Assembly: GCA_964433035.1 (NCBI GenBank)
Contig: CAYSQZ010000003.1
Location: 579-64,578 of the forward strand
Source: an uncultured Pirellulaceae bacterium
Lineage (GTDB): Bacteria > Planctomycetota > Planctomycetia > Pirellulales > Pirellulaceae
Direction: 5' to 3'
Length of the DNA: 64,000 nt
Both the position numbers and the translations under genes were made by a program. The notes beneath the pieces are model-generated. The model was not told where the DNA came from, searched no databases, and saw nothing but the letters and a program-made list of their open reading frames with translations. Shown one piece after another: positions 9,201 to 18,626 of the stretch. Within the stretch, counting starts at the first letter, position 1; each line of letters begins with the position of its first letter.

Positions 9201-11579
9201 TTACTCAACGGGCCGAATCAAGAATACGTCTTCTCCATGAACGCCATCGGTCGTGAAGACAATAAAGCTCCCATCGCCAAGACCCTCAATGCGGCTTAGC
9301 TCGGCCTTCTTTCGTTCGAGCTTAAACTGAGAGCGCCAAAACTCGGTTTTCTTACCTGTCAAAAGCCCGACCCCTTTGGGTGTTAAGAACCAAACGTCTT
9401 TTGCCTCGCCCGAAGGTCCCGGATAAAGATCGACAACGGTCCGGTCTTTCTTGGGAAGACCTTCGACTCCCCAATCGAAATCGTGGGAAGTGACCAGGCT
9501 GTCGAAAAAAGAACCGGAAAGCGTGCAACCACAGGCAGTTACCGAATTAGTGTCGTTAAACGGATTTTCCTTCAAGGGTCTGCCCGTGGGCGTTCGAATG
9601 CGAGCAAATACGCAAAAGCAATTGCCATCCTCGAGCGGGACCAGTTTTTTGACTTTCATGTTGCTGGCTGAATTTACCAAGACGTTACTCGCATTCGAAG
9701 CGTGGCCCTCGTTTCTCGATGCCTGAATCTTTCTGGCAACTCCACTGCGTGGATGGCTCTTAAGATCCGTCGTGTTGGCATCAGAAGTTACAATTTCACG
9801 AGTATCCAACAAAGAAAAACGTGTAATTGGGTTGTCCGAGTGCAGCGGGACCTTTTCCCAACTACCTTCAGGGTAACGACGGTAAACCGCGTTGTTGCTC
9901 AGCGCCAGATAGTCAGAACCGGCAGCAGCAACATGGGAAACCGACAGCTTCTTTTTATCTTCTGACTCAAGCTCCGGATCAAGTTGACCACGAGAAATCA
10001 GTTTGCCAGACTCACGCAACTCAAGCACCCGGTTCTGATCTTTCAAGCCAATAATGATTCCGTCCACTGGATCGCGGGCAACACAAGCCGCGTAGATCGG
10101 GTTGGACGAGTTGTCTTTGATGAGACTCGTCTCGCCGTCCAAATTATATTGGACCAACCCATCGGTGGTGGCCAGAAAGAGCTTGCCGCCCGTCGAGACG
10201 ATTGCAGAATTGATTTCCAGTGGTTCAAAATTCTTCAACGACTCCGGGATCGGCTGGTTGGCTTCCTTAAGCTCGGAGACCTTTAATTCTTGCTGGCCTT
10301 TGGTACTGGGTAAACCGGATCTCAAATTCAGTTCCGCTGGATTGATTCGTTTTACCTCATAGTCATCGTTGAGACGCAGCCAGGGAGAAGGTTTAGGAAC
10401 CGTTGAAGTGGAGTGTTCAGCATTGGGTTGGGTTTGCGAAGCAGTTTCGGGAGTCGATGTCGCTGGTATTTGGGCGGATGCGGTTTCAGCATTTACGGTT
10501 TTTGGCGTTTCGGTTTTGCTAGCCGAGGAAGCTAAATTCTCCGGGTCGGGTTTCTTCGGAACAAGTTCCTGTTTGGGAAATTTTGTTTCGTCAAAATCCA
10601 ATCTCCAGATCGACATTGAGCTTGGAGGTGCTGCTCGGCCGCAAATGGCAATTCGGTTGTCGTCCAGCGGGACGACTTGGTAGACATCAAACTTGGAAAC
10701 TCGATGTGAAGCGACGGGGTCTTGGTTTCCACGTTGCCAGATCTTAATAAAACCGGCTTTGTCAGAAGTGACATACAAATCTCTCTGCGCCCAGTAGACG
10801 ATGTCTTCTACCTTTTTGGCTTCGGGCAAGTGCCACTGGTCAATTGTTTTGTTTTTGAACACGTCGACGCGCATCGCGTGATTCGCAGTGACGACCAGGA
10901 CTTCTTCATCGTTCGACCCGGCAGTAACTCTGGAAGGTCGACCGGGTAGACTGACAATTTTTTGAAGCTTCTTTGCTTTTCGAGACAGGAAGTATGGCCC
11001 GTCAGCTTGGTCCCCGGCAGAGTAAGTGGTTTCGAATGTGCTGGAGGAACACAACCCACCAACAAAACTCTTGTGAGCCGAAAGGTACTTTTCTAACTTT
11101 TCCGTAAAGCCTAGAGTCACCAACTGCCCGCTTCTTCCTCCTGCAATAAATTCGCCATCGGCCGACTCGGTAGCTCGTTCCGGTCGGAATCGCAAACGGT
11201 AATCGAACTTTACCGATAGATCGCTGGCGTCCATGACAAGCACTTGTTTTAAGTCGCCACAGGAGACCAAATACTTCCCGTCGCTGGAATACATCAGATC
11301 CAAAATCAAACCGACGGGTGCTTCGGTAGTGGCCAGTACGCTGAAGTCCTCGGTGCTATGGAGCGTTACGGACTTGTCGAGCCCACCTGCGGCCAGTACC
11401 TTCCCGTCATTTGAAAGTTCGATCGCGATGATTTTGCCGGGGAGGTTTTTTTCGAGTTTAAATCCTATTGAGCTCTTGGAATCGCCCTGCTCTGTCGGAT
11501 GTTGTTGACAGAGTGCCAAGTTGCAGATCGAACTCAAAGTGACTAAGAAGATTGTCGCCAATACCAAGTTCAATTTCAT
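9201..11579 (-). CDS. Secreted beta-propeller (WD40/PQQ-like repeat) protein with low-complexity linker
   Basis: Signal peptide MKLNLVLATIFLVTLSSICNLALC. There are repeated beta-strand blocks (LSNDGKVLAAGG.., YSSDGKYLVSCG..) and a central Pro/Thr/Ser/Glu-rich linker. Confidence 0.6.
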   Translation of the reverse strand: MKLNLVLATIFLVTLSSICNLALCQQHPTEQGDSKSSIGFKLEKNLPGKIIAIELSNDGKVLAAGGLDKSVTLHSTEDFSVLATTEAPVGLILDLMYSSDGKYLVSCGDLKQVLVMDASDLSVKFDYRLRFRPERATESADGEFIAGGRSGQLVTLGFTEKLEKYLSAHKSFVGGLCSSSTFETTYSAGDQADGPYFLSRKAKKLQKIVSLPGRPSRVTAGSNDEEVLVVTANHAMRVDVFKNKTIDQWHLPEAKKVEDIVYWAQRDLYVTSDKAGFIKIWQRGNQDPVASHRVSKFDVYQVVPLDDNRIAICGRAAPPSSMSIWRLDFDETKFPKQELVPKKPDPENLASSASKTETPKTVNAETASAQIPATSTPETASQTQPNAEHSTSTVPKPSPWLRLNDDYEVKRINPAELNLRSGLPSTKGQQELKVSELKEANQPIPESLKNFEPLEINSAIVSTGGKLFLATTDGLVQYNLDGETSLIKDNSSNPIYAACVARDPVDGIIIGLKDQNRVLELRESGKLISRGQLDPELESEDKKKLSVSHVAAAGSDYLALSNNAVYRRYPEGSWEKVPLHSDNPITRFSLLDTREIVTSDANTTDLKSHPRSGVARKIQASRNEGHASNASNVLVNSASNMKVKKLVPLEDGNCFCVFARIRTPTGRPLKENPFNDTNSVTACGCTLSGSFFDSLVTSHDFDWGVEGLPKKDRTVVDLYPGPSGEAKDVWFLTPKGVGLLTGKKTEFWRSQFKLERKKAELSRIEGLGDGSFIVFTTDGVHGEDVFLIRPVE

Positions 11580-11680
11580 CTTGCTGCCGTTTATCGTTCA
11601 GAGATCAGTGATTTCTTAATTTTAAAGTCTACCATCACGCTGGGCAACGCTTTAAAGGAGCTTCTTAGGAGCGTCTCCCG

Positions 11681-11710
11681 TTGAAACCCTGATGAAACCC
11701 TGATGAAACC
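11681..11710. repeat. 11-bp tandem repeat TGATGAAACCC, about 2.8 copies
   Basis: Read directly in the divergent intergenic region 11580-12127. Confidence 0.8.
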
Positions 11711-12022
11711 TCTTCAACAGGTTCGGTTTTCAAGTTGCCGTTGATCGGCCGCAATTCCGTAGAGGTTATCCAGGTGCCGCAATCTTGGTTGATGCCAGAC
11801 GCTTGCCTTCCTTCATCTCTGCGCCTTAGCGGCTCTACGCGCGGTCTTTCCGGCTGGCCCGCGCGCAGAGTCGCAGTCGCGTGTAGAGGCTACTCGTGAA
11901 CCTTTTGGACATCGCTCCGTCGTTTGAGATCCTGTCCTCCAGAGAGTTTCATGCTGAAGTGAATATTGACCAGAACGGAATCGCAACTCTCGGACGTCGC
12001 CCAAGGTGATTTAGTGAGTAAA

Positions 12023-12044
12023 GGTACACATTGGGTACACATTG
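12023..12044. repeat. Perfect 11-bp tandem duplication GGTACACATTG x2
   Basis: Read directly, about 85 nt upstream of the 12128 start codon. Confidence 0.9.
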
Positions 12045-12127
12045 AATAGATTACTTTGCGGAGCTGCAATCATCGAGTACGATCGTGTTAGTGATTCAAG
12101 TAACTTGTTGCGATCCATCCACCACTC

Positions 12128-13357
12128 ATGGGAAATTCGATGTTCAACTACTCCGGGACTCATTCTTGCAAGTTTTTCGCCAAGCAGGCTTCATTTGTAA
12201 TTCTGACGCTAGTTGCGTTTGTTGGACAACTGAAGGCAGGTGACGTGGAGGTTCTGAGTACCGCTGGCACAAACAACGTGGCAGTTGCCGGTCAGTATGC
12301 TTATGCAGCTGCAGGTTCCCAAGGGGTCGTCATTGTTGACTTGAGCGGACCGGAGATAGCGGGAGTTGTGGCCCCTCCAGGATTTACAGGTACGATCGAT
12401 GATGTATCAATCGATGGTGACTTGCTATTCACTCTTGATGCAGCCGGGTTGGGAGGACTATCAGTGTTCTCGATCGAAAATCCAATGCAACCGACACTTG
12501 TTTCGGGTCCGGTCACCGTTGGTGTTTCTCCGTTTGCGGGTGTGTCCGCAGCCAACGGGAGAGTCGTTGTTTCTGGCGGAACAGGACTTCTTAGTAGTCG
12601 AAGCTATCAAGCAAATGGGACTTTGGGTGGGGCTGTCTCCACAATTGATTTGGGGATTGGCCAACCTGATGTGCTCGTTGCGGAGGACGGAGAGACGGCT
12701 TTTGTGTCGACCGACTTTGCTGGTTTCTTTGACGGACAAACATTTGGGATCACGGTAATCGATATAGCAGGCCCCACTTTGTCGATTCTTGATCGAGTTG
12801 GAATTGCCGGGGCTGGATTTTCGCCAGGAAGTGATGCGCCTGCCAACTTCCCAATTGAATCGGCTCAATCCGGCGACACGCTCTATGTTGCCTCTGGTAA
12901 TGGAGTTTCAGTTTTTGATGTAAGTAACCCAAACGCAGTCCAAACTCTCGCGCTGATCCCGCTAAATACGAATCCTGTCAATATTGATGTCGTAGGCAAT
13001 ATGCTTTACGTGGTCGGCAATTTGCCAGCTCCAACACTGACTACGATTGATGTTTCAGTGTTGAGCTCGCCAAGCTTTCTTACGAGGATTCTTCCGGCCG
13101 GATCCAGACCGCTGGGGGTCGCTGCAACAAGCACCAGTGTTGTGGTTGCAGACGAGAACCTGGGTATCCTGGTTGAAAGCTTGTTGTTGCTGGGCGACGT
13201 CAACCAAGACGGCACTGTGGACTTTTTTGACATCGCTCCATTTATTGAAGTTCTGACTGTCGCAGGTACGCAAGCCGAAGCTGACATCGATCAGAATGGC
13301 GCCGTAAACTTTTTTGATATCGCGCCGTTTATCGAAATTCTCTCGGCTAACCAGTAG
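12128..13357 (+). CDS. Secreted LVIVD-repeat beta-propeller protein with C-terminal dockerin-like module
   Basis: Iterated G(V/L)xVxD(V/L)SxP blocks (GVVIVDLSGP, GLSVFSIENP, GITVIDIAGP, GVSVFDVSNP). The C-terminus is GDVNQDGTVDFFDIAPFIEVL...DIDQNGAVNFFDIAPFIEIL. Confidence 0.7.
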   Translation: MGNSMFNYSGTHSCKFFAKQASFVILTLVAFVGQLKAGDVEVLSTAGTNNVAVAGQYAYAAAGSQGVVIVDLSGPEIAGVVAPPGFTGTIDDVSIDGDLLFTLDAAGLGGLSVFSIENPMQPTLVSGPVTVGVSPFAGVSAANGRVVVSGGTGLLSSRSYQANGTLGGAVSTIDLGIGQPDVLVAEDGETAFVSTDFAGFFDGQTFGITVIDIAGPTLSILDRVGIAGAGFSPGSDAPANFPIESAQSGDTLYVASGNGVSVFDVSNPNAVQTLALIPLNTNPVNIDVVGNMLYVVGNLPAPTLTTIDVSVLSSPSFLTRILPAGSRPLGVAATSTSVVVADENLGILVESLLLLGDVNQDGTVDFFDIAPFIEVLTVAGTQAEADIDQNGAVNFFDIAPFIEILSANQ

Positions 13358-13368
13358 TTCCGACAGAC

Positions 13369-14034
13369 TTATCTTGGGTCGATAACAAACAGTTCGTGCT
13401 GTTTTGTCAGTACAAAGTTACCGCCATGAAGGCAGTGCCGAGTGCATTTTCCGGTAGGGTCGGTAACCCCCATCCTGAGCGTCGGTGTTCTGTTGTGCGA
13501 GAAAAGCCTTTTGCGCGTTCTCAATTGAGTCCACACCGCGAAGCCATTTTTAGAATAGATTTCTTTAAAGCAGCTTTCCAACTTCTTCATGGATTCAATC
13601 AAGCTACTTTTAAATTCTGCTGTTAGTCGTTCCCATAAATTCTCTAGTGTTGAGCCCTTAATGTAGTTTAGATGCACATTGAGATTTGCTTTATGCTGGC
13701 CTGTTAAGACGCCCGGTACTTCAAGGTTTGGTGTTATCTCTTGAACTGCGCCTATGCTTAACCCCGGATTGCGATCCATCACTTCATGTAATTGCTTTAG
13801 TGCAACCGTGTCGTTTTCATAAGACGTTAATTCTTCGTAGAGCTTTATTACAAAGGCATCTTTTACATTCGTATCGTTTGCCTTCTTTAGAAGATAGACT
13901 CCGGCGCTTCTTTTACCTTCTCCTAATTTGTAGATGTCAATATCTTGCGAGCTACCTTCATTGGGAATCCGCTCTCCGCAATCGATAGGTATATCGATCC
14001 CTTTCAGTTCTGCTTGGAAAGCATTGGATATCAT
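13369..14034 (-). CDS. Small protein-kinase-fold-like orphan protein (221 aa)
   Basis: G-loop-like LGEGKRSAGVY, a VAIK-like FVIKLY, a C-terminal CLHGGNFVL..LFVIDP resembling HxDLHxGN / DFG regions but without the catalytic Asp. By eye it is AT-richer than its neighbours. Confidence 0.45.
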   Translation of the reverse strand: MISNAFQAELKGIDIPIDCGERIPNEGSSQDIDIYKLGEGKRSAGVYLLKKANDTNVKDAFVIKLYEELTSYENDTVALKQLHEVMDRNPGLSIGAVQEITPNLEVPGVLTGQHKANLNVHLNYIKGSTLENLWERLTAEFKSSLIESMKKLESCFKEIYSKNGFAVWTQLRTRKRLFSHNRTPTLRMGVTDPTGKCTRHCLHGGNFVLTKQHELFVIDPR

Positions 14035-14248
14035 GTCAAGTGCAGTCAGGTTTTGTTTAAGGACTGTTGAATGAAGAGTGGAAAACGGGATCGGGTCCTT
14101 GCTTCAAATCACCGCGTCTAATTTTATTTCGACCAGCAGCTTGGGCCGGCTTTAGGAAATGCAATTGCGACATTGCTAGCGTCGTCGCCGGACGTTGAAC
14201 TGTCTCGGCAGCCCGGGGCTCAACGACGGATGGTGCGCGCGGCGAGTG

Positions 14249-15841
14249 CTACTTCCAAACGTCGCGGTCCAACATGCGATAGTTGATGGCTTCGGTTAAG
14301 TGATTGAACAGAATCTGATCCGAGGAATCCAGATCCGCAATCGTTCGCGCGAGCCTGAGGACTTTGTCGTGGGCGCGTGCCGAAAGCCCTAGTTCGTTAA
14401 CGCTGACTTTGAGAATGTTGATGCCCTCGGCGTCAAGTTTGCAATACTCGCGAATTTGTCGACTGGTCATTTGTGCGTTGTAATTGATTGAGGTTCCCTG
14501 GAAACGCTCGAGCTGCGCTTTTCTCGCATTGACGACTTGTTCGCGAATCACCTGGCTTGAGGTTCCAAGTTTCTTGGAAGATAGCTCTTTGAAATCTGCG
14601 GCAGGGACTTCAACATGAATATCGATTCGATCAAGTAGCGGACCCGATATCTTGCCCATGTAGCGTTCGATTTGTGGAGACGAGCAGTTGCAGTCTCGAC
14701 GCGGGTCGCTGCGGTAGCCGCAGGGACATGGGTTGAGCGCCGCGACCAGCATGAAATCGCAAGGGAACGTCGTGGACCGCAATGCGCGGGAAATCGTCAC
14801 GATTCGATCTTCCAGCGGTTGCCTGAGAACTTCCAGTGTTCGTCGATTAAATTCGGGAAGCTCATCAAGAAAAAGCACGCCATTATGGGCCATCGAGATT
14901 TCACCCGGCATCGGAATACTGCCACCACCGACCAATCCCGGTTGGCTGATAGTATGGTGCGGCGAGCGAAAGGGCCGGGTTGCCATCAATGGTTGGCCAG
15001 CTTTGAGTCGTCCCGAGGCGCTATATATTCGCGTCGTTTCAATTGATTCGTCTGGCGAAAGTTGTGGCAGCACAGTAGGGATTCGCTTGGCCAGCATCGT
15101 CTTTCCAGATCCCGGCGGGCCAAGCATCAACAGGTTGTGAACTCCAGCGGCCGCGACAGCGATCGCACGCTTGGCCATCTCTTGCCCGCGAACATCTGAA
15201 AAATCAATTTCATATTTCGAGAAGTCATCGAACAGGTCTTCGATCCGTGAGGGGGTTGGAGCGATTTCGAGTTGCCCGGAAAAGAAAGCCGCAGCCTGGG
15301 AGAGTGAATTGACCGCGATGACTTCAAGGTCCTGTACCACGGCGGCCTCGAACGCATTCTCTTGCGGTACCACAATCCCAACGAAACCAGCTCGCTTGGC
15401 CGCGATTGCCATTGAAAGCACGCCCTTTGCCGGTCGCGTATGACCTTCGAGCGCCAGTTCACCAACCACGGCATAATCTTGCAGTCGATCAGACTGAAGC
15501 TGCTTGCTGCCAATCAAGATCCCCAGCGATATTGGTAGGTCAAACGTTGCGGCTTGTTTGGGCAACTCAGCCGGGGCCAAGTTGATAACGATCCGATCAG
15601 CGGGCCGTTGAAATCCAGAATTGACCATTGCTCGTTCGCAGCGATGGGTGCTTTCGCGGACGGCAGCCTCGGGCAGGCCAACAAGTATCGTCTTGGGTAA
15701 TGCACGTGGCGAAACATCAACTTCGACTTCGACCATCTGGGCTTCGATACCCAATAGCGAAAATGTCCGAAGCTTGGCCAAGAGACCTGAGCCATGGCCG
15801 AGTTCTGTTGAGGCGGAGGCGTTTGAATGTTGATCGTTCAT
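14249..15841 (-). CDS. comM: YifB/ComM family Mg-chelatase-like AAA+ ATPase
   Basis: N-terminal Lon-protease-like domain, Walker A LGPPGSGKTMLA, FLDELPEF Walker B, and a ChlI/MCM-like C-terminus. The start was chosen at the ATG at 15841; the ORF extends to 15919. Confidence 0.9.
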   Translation of the reverse strand: MNDQHSNASASTELGHGSGLLAKLRTFSLLGIEAQMVEVEVDVSPRALPKTILVGLPEAAVRESTHRCERAMVNSGFQRPADRIVINLAPAELPKQAATFDLPISLGILIGSKQLQSDRLQDYAVVGELALEGHTRPAKGVLSMAIAAKRAGFVGIVVPQENAFEAAVVQDLEVIAVNSLSQAAAFFSGQLEIAPTPSRIEDLFDDFSKYEIDFSDVRGQEMAKRAIAVAAAGVHNLLMLGPPGSGKTMLAKRIPTVLPQLSPDESIETTRIYSASGRLKAGQPLMATRPFRSPHHTISQPGLVGGGSIPMPGEISMAHNGVLFLDELPEFNRRTLEVLRQPLEDRIVTISRALRSTTFPCDFMLVAALNPCPCGYRSDPRRDCNCSSPQIERYMGKISGPLLDRIDIHVEVPAADFKELSSKKLGTSSQVIREQVVNARKAQLERFQGTSINYNAQMTSRQIREYCKLDAEGINILKVSVNELGLSARAHDKVLRLARTIADLDSSDQILFNHLTEAINYRMLDRDVWK

Positions 15842-16011
15842 TTCAAGACTTTCTTGTGTATGAACGAGGCAACAGATCTGCTGCACTGTTGGTGAAACAG
15901 TGGGCGTAATCTCGTCCATACACGACTAAAGTTAATGTAGAAACGGAAACGTCAAAGTTGTTGATCAAAGTTGAGATGCAGTTGTGATAATCTTTGTGTG
16001 TTTGAATATTT

Positions 16012-17034
16012 TTACTTGTATTTTTTAGCGATCCTTTTAACCGTCTCAGCGAATTCCTTTTTTGCTTTGGCTGGGCCGATCACTTCGGCGTCATCCATCA
16101 AGCTCATCACTCGCGGAAAAATCTCCAGTTTGTTTGACGATGGAACGGACAATTCAATGTCGCCGTTTTTGAGCTGTTTGATTTTTTGATCTGGATGCCA
16201 AGGATCTTCGGCCACGAAATTTGCGGCCTTGGCGGCGATGCGAATCTTGAAGTTCTGCGGCGTACCAACAAAAATTCCCATGCCTTTACCAACAAAGTCA
16301 TCCCAGTTCATGCCTTTGGGCATCTTGAACCAGGCATCTTCAATGGTAGCCTTGCTGAAACGATCCAGCTTCAACGAACGCATTCGTTTTTCTGTGTCTT
16401 CCTGAGTCTCGTTGGGCATCTCACAGGCGCCGCAAATGATGTAAAGACTGCTCTGGAACAGTGCGATCGTGTAAGGCTCGATGCGACGTGTCTTTTTAGG
16501 TTTTCCCGGAGCCTGATATTCGATCTCTACCGTCCGATGTTCAACGATAGCGCGATTTATCGTTTTGATCATGCCATGATGTTTTTCATAGCTTTTGGTG
16601 GGAACACCGAGGACGCGTAATGTTCGCGAGTATTTTTTGTAATGATCAAGCACACCAGCCGGGACGCCCTCCTGAATCTTTTTCCAGAATGACTCGATTC
16701 CCATCCAGAACGGAGTGCCAGCCAGAGGGTGAAGCATTTCACGACCAAGCGACAAAGCGATCAATTCAGTCGCCGAGAAGCTGATTTTTGTTGTGGATTT
16801 GGCACGCGGCCCCAGCTTCCAAACTTTTCCTCGCTGAGAGTCATGAACGTCGACGTCGATTCCAGCAGCCTGGAGGGCTTCGAGATCGCGGCGAAGCGTG
16901 CGGGTGTGCAGCGACGTCAGGCCCAGCTCGTCCATAATGTCAGCCTGAAGCTCGGCCAGAGTTTTACCAAAGCGGACTCGCTCCAAGACCTGAAGGACCT
17001 TGTGTTGGCGGATTAGTTGTTCGTTTCTCGCCAT
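16012..17034 (-). CDS. HTH + WYL domain transcriptional regulator
   Basis: N-terminal winged-HTH (RQHKVLQVLERV...TLAELQADI...RTLRRDLEALQAAGI) and a central WYL-type block (RRIEPYTIALFQSSLYIICGA). It is divergent from the QueC-like gene. Confidence 0.75.
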   Translation of the reverse strand: MARNEQLIRQHKVLQVLERVRFGKTLAELQADIMDELGLTSLHTRTLRRDLEALQAAGIDVDVHDSQRGKVWKLGPRAKSTTKISFSATELIALSLGREMLHPLAGTPFWMGIESFWKKIQEGVPAGVLDHYKKYSRTLRVLGVPTKSYEKHHGMIKTINRAIVEHRTVEIEYQAPGKPKKTRRIEPYTIALFQSSLYIICGACEMPNETQEDTEKRMRSLKLDRFSKATIEDAWFKMPKGMNWDDFVGKGMGIFVGTPQNFKIRIAAKAANFVAEDPWHPDQKIKQLKNGDIELSVPSSNKLEIFPRVMSLMDDAEVIGPAKAKKEFAETVKRIAKKYK

Positions 17035-17401
17035 AATGGTTCGTGTTGGGGATTCCTGATGATCGTCTACTGAAATTTCGAATTGGGTTTCACATTATCT
17101 ACTTTCGTCAACAGCTCGCCAACCACCAGCGCCATTGTTGCATGCAAAAACAGGTCGCATTGCGCCCATTGCTTCGTTCGCCAGATTGTGACGATCCAAT
17201 CAATTGCTTCATGTGCTCGCAAACTTGGCTATTTAAAGAATAAAAACGCGACTCGGAAGAGCTGCCTTACAAACTCGCTAACAAAATGAACCTCCAGGAT
17301 TCATCAGCATTTAATCGGAAAAGAACTTCAAACCGGTCTGAAACTTGATACATTTTACGGCTCAATTGCCACAGAGTTCGTGATCCAGAAAGTGCGGAAG
17401 A

Positions 17402-18202
17402 ATGTCGAAAAAAAGGCGAGCAGTGATTTGTTTGAGTGGCGGAATGGACTCAACTTCGTTGCTCTTGCGTTTGTTGGCTGAGGGGAGAAAAGTCTACGGG
17501 CTAAGCTTTGACTATGGCCAAAAACATCGCATCGAACTTGAGCGGATGAAAGCCAACGTCGATTATCTGCGTGAGAACAATTTGGAAATCGATTCTCAGG
17601 TTCTCGAGATGTCCAAGCTGGGATCGTTGTTTCACTCAGCCCTCACCGATTCGAATTGGAAAGTCCCGACAGGGCATTACGAACAGGAGAACATGAAGCA
17701 AACGGTCGTGCCTAATCGAAATGCGATTTTTTCATCGATCGCGTACGGCTACGCACTTTCGATCGCGGTGCAAGAAGATGCGGAGGTGGATTTTTGTCTC
17801 GGCGTGCACAGTGGCGACCATGCGATATATCCCGATTGTCGCCCCGAGTTTTATGAAGCGATTTTTAATGCGTTTAAGATCGGCAACTGGGATTCGGAGA
17901 AAGTCTTCTTGAATGTGCCGTACATCAACATGGATAAAACCGATATTCTTCACGATGCTAACGAGTCGATTGAAAAGCTTGAACTCGATTTTGATACGAT
18001 TTTCAAAAACACCTGTACTGGCTATCGTCCAGACAAAGAAGGAAAGTCCCACGGTTTAACGGGCGCCGACGTTGAGCGAATTCTGGCGTTCAATGCCTTT
18101 GGTAGGCGGGATCCGATTGAGTACCTTCAGCCATGGGACGAAGTCGTTGGGCAGGCGTTAAAATTGGAAAAGCAGCACAGAGAAGAAGACACGCACGCTT
18201 GA
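17402..18202 (+). CDS. queC: QueC-like PP-loop ATPase (7-cyano-7-deazaguanine synthase family), atypical C-terminus
   Basis: SGGMDS PP-loop, YGQKH, VPNRN and YPDCRPEF motifs. The C-terminal CxxCxxC zinc cluster expected in QueC appears replaced (..NTCTGYRPDKEGKSHGLTGADVERILAFNAFG). Confidence 0.7.
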   Translation: MSKKRRAVICLSGGMDSTSLLLRLLAEGRKVYGLSFDYGQKHRIELERMKANVDYLRENNLEIDSQVLEMSKLGSLFHSALTDSNWKVPTGHYEQENMKQTVVPNRNAIFSSIAYGYALSIAVQEDAEVDFCLGVHSGDHAIYPDCRPEFYEAIFNAFKIGNWDSEKVFLNVPYINMDKTDILHDANESIEKLELDFDTIFKNTCTGYRPDKEGKSHGLTGADVERILAFNAFGRRDPIEYLQPWDEVVGQALKLEKQHREEDTHA

Positions 18203-18626
18203 TTCGAGGTTGGGTATCCAATTTCGGCGAGTCTTTGTTTCGCGCAAACGTTTCCAGACGCATTGGGGGAAAATTCGAGCGCTGGTTCGAAGGATCCCAT
18301 TAGTGGAATACTAAAATCGGTTTGCTTCAGATCGATCGTACATGGTCGACGCTGCATGGAAGGCTTTAAAACCGTTTCCAAGTTGCCTGCCACCGATTAT
18401 CAGCCAAGAGCCAGTCTGGCTTGAGCAGTACCTTCGCATTGCTGTCTATATTCAGGCGCCGGAGAAGTGGTACTTGGTTTATATCTTAACTGAACTAGCG
18501 TTAGTTGCGTTGGGTTTGAGAGCTTGGTTACTAATGAACTCGCCAAGCTCATTTTTTATGCGCTAGTTTGTAAGGTTTTCTCACAAGTGTACGTCACAAC
18601 TGCATCCTTAAGATGATCAGTATGTC

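Noticed and set aside
9201-14034. A genomic island comprising the beta-propeller, LVIVD and kinase-like genes
   Set aside because: I found no mobility genes, flanking direct repeats or tRNA. Only the kinase-like ORF looks compositionally odd.
17035-17401. A preQ1 riboswitch upstream of the queC-like gene
   Set aside because: I could not find the conserved preQ1-I/II core, or a convincing small hairpin plus A-rich tail, in the leader.
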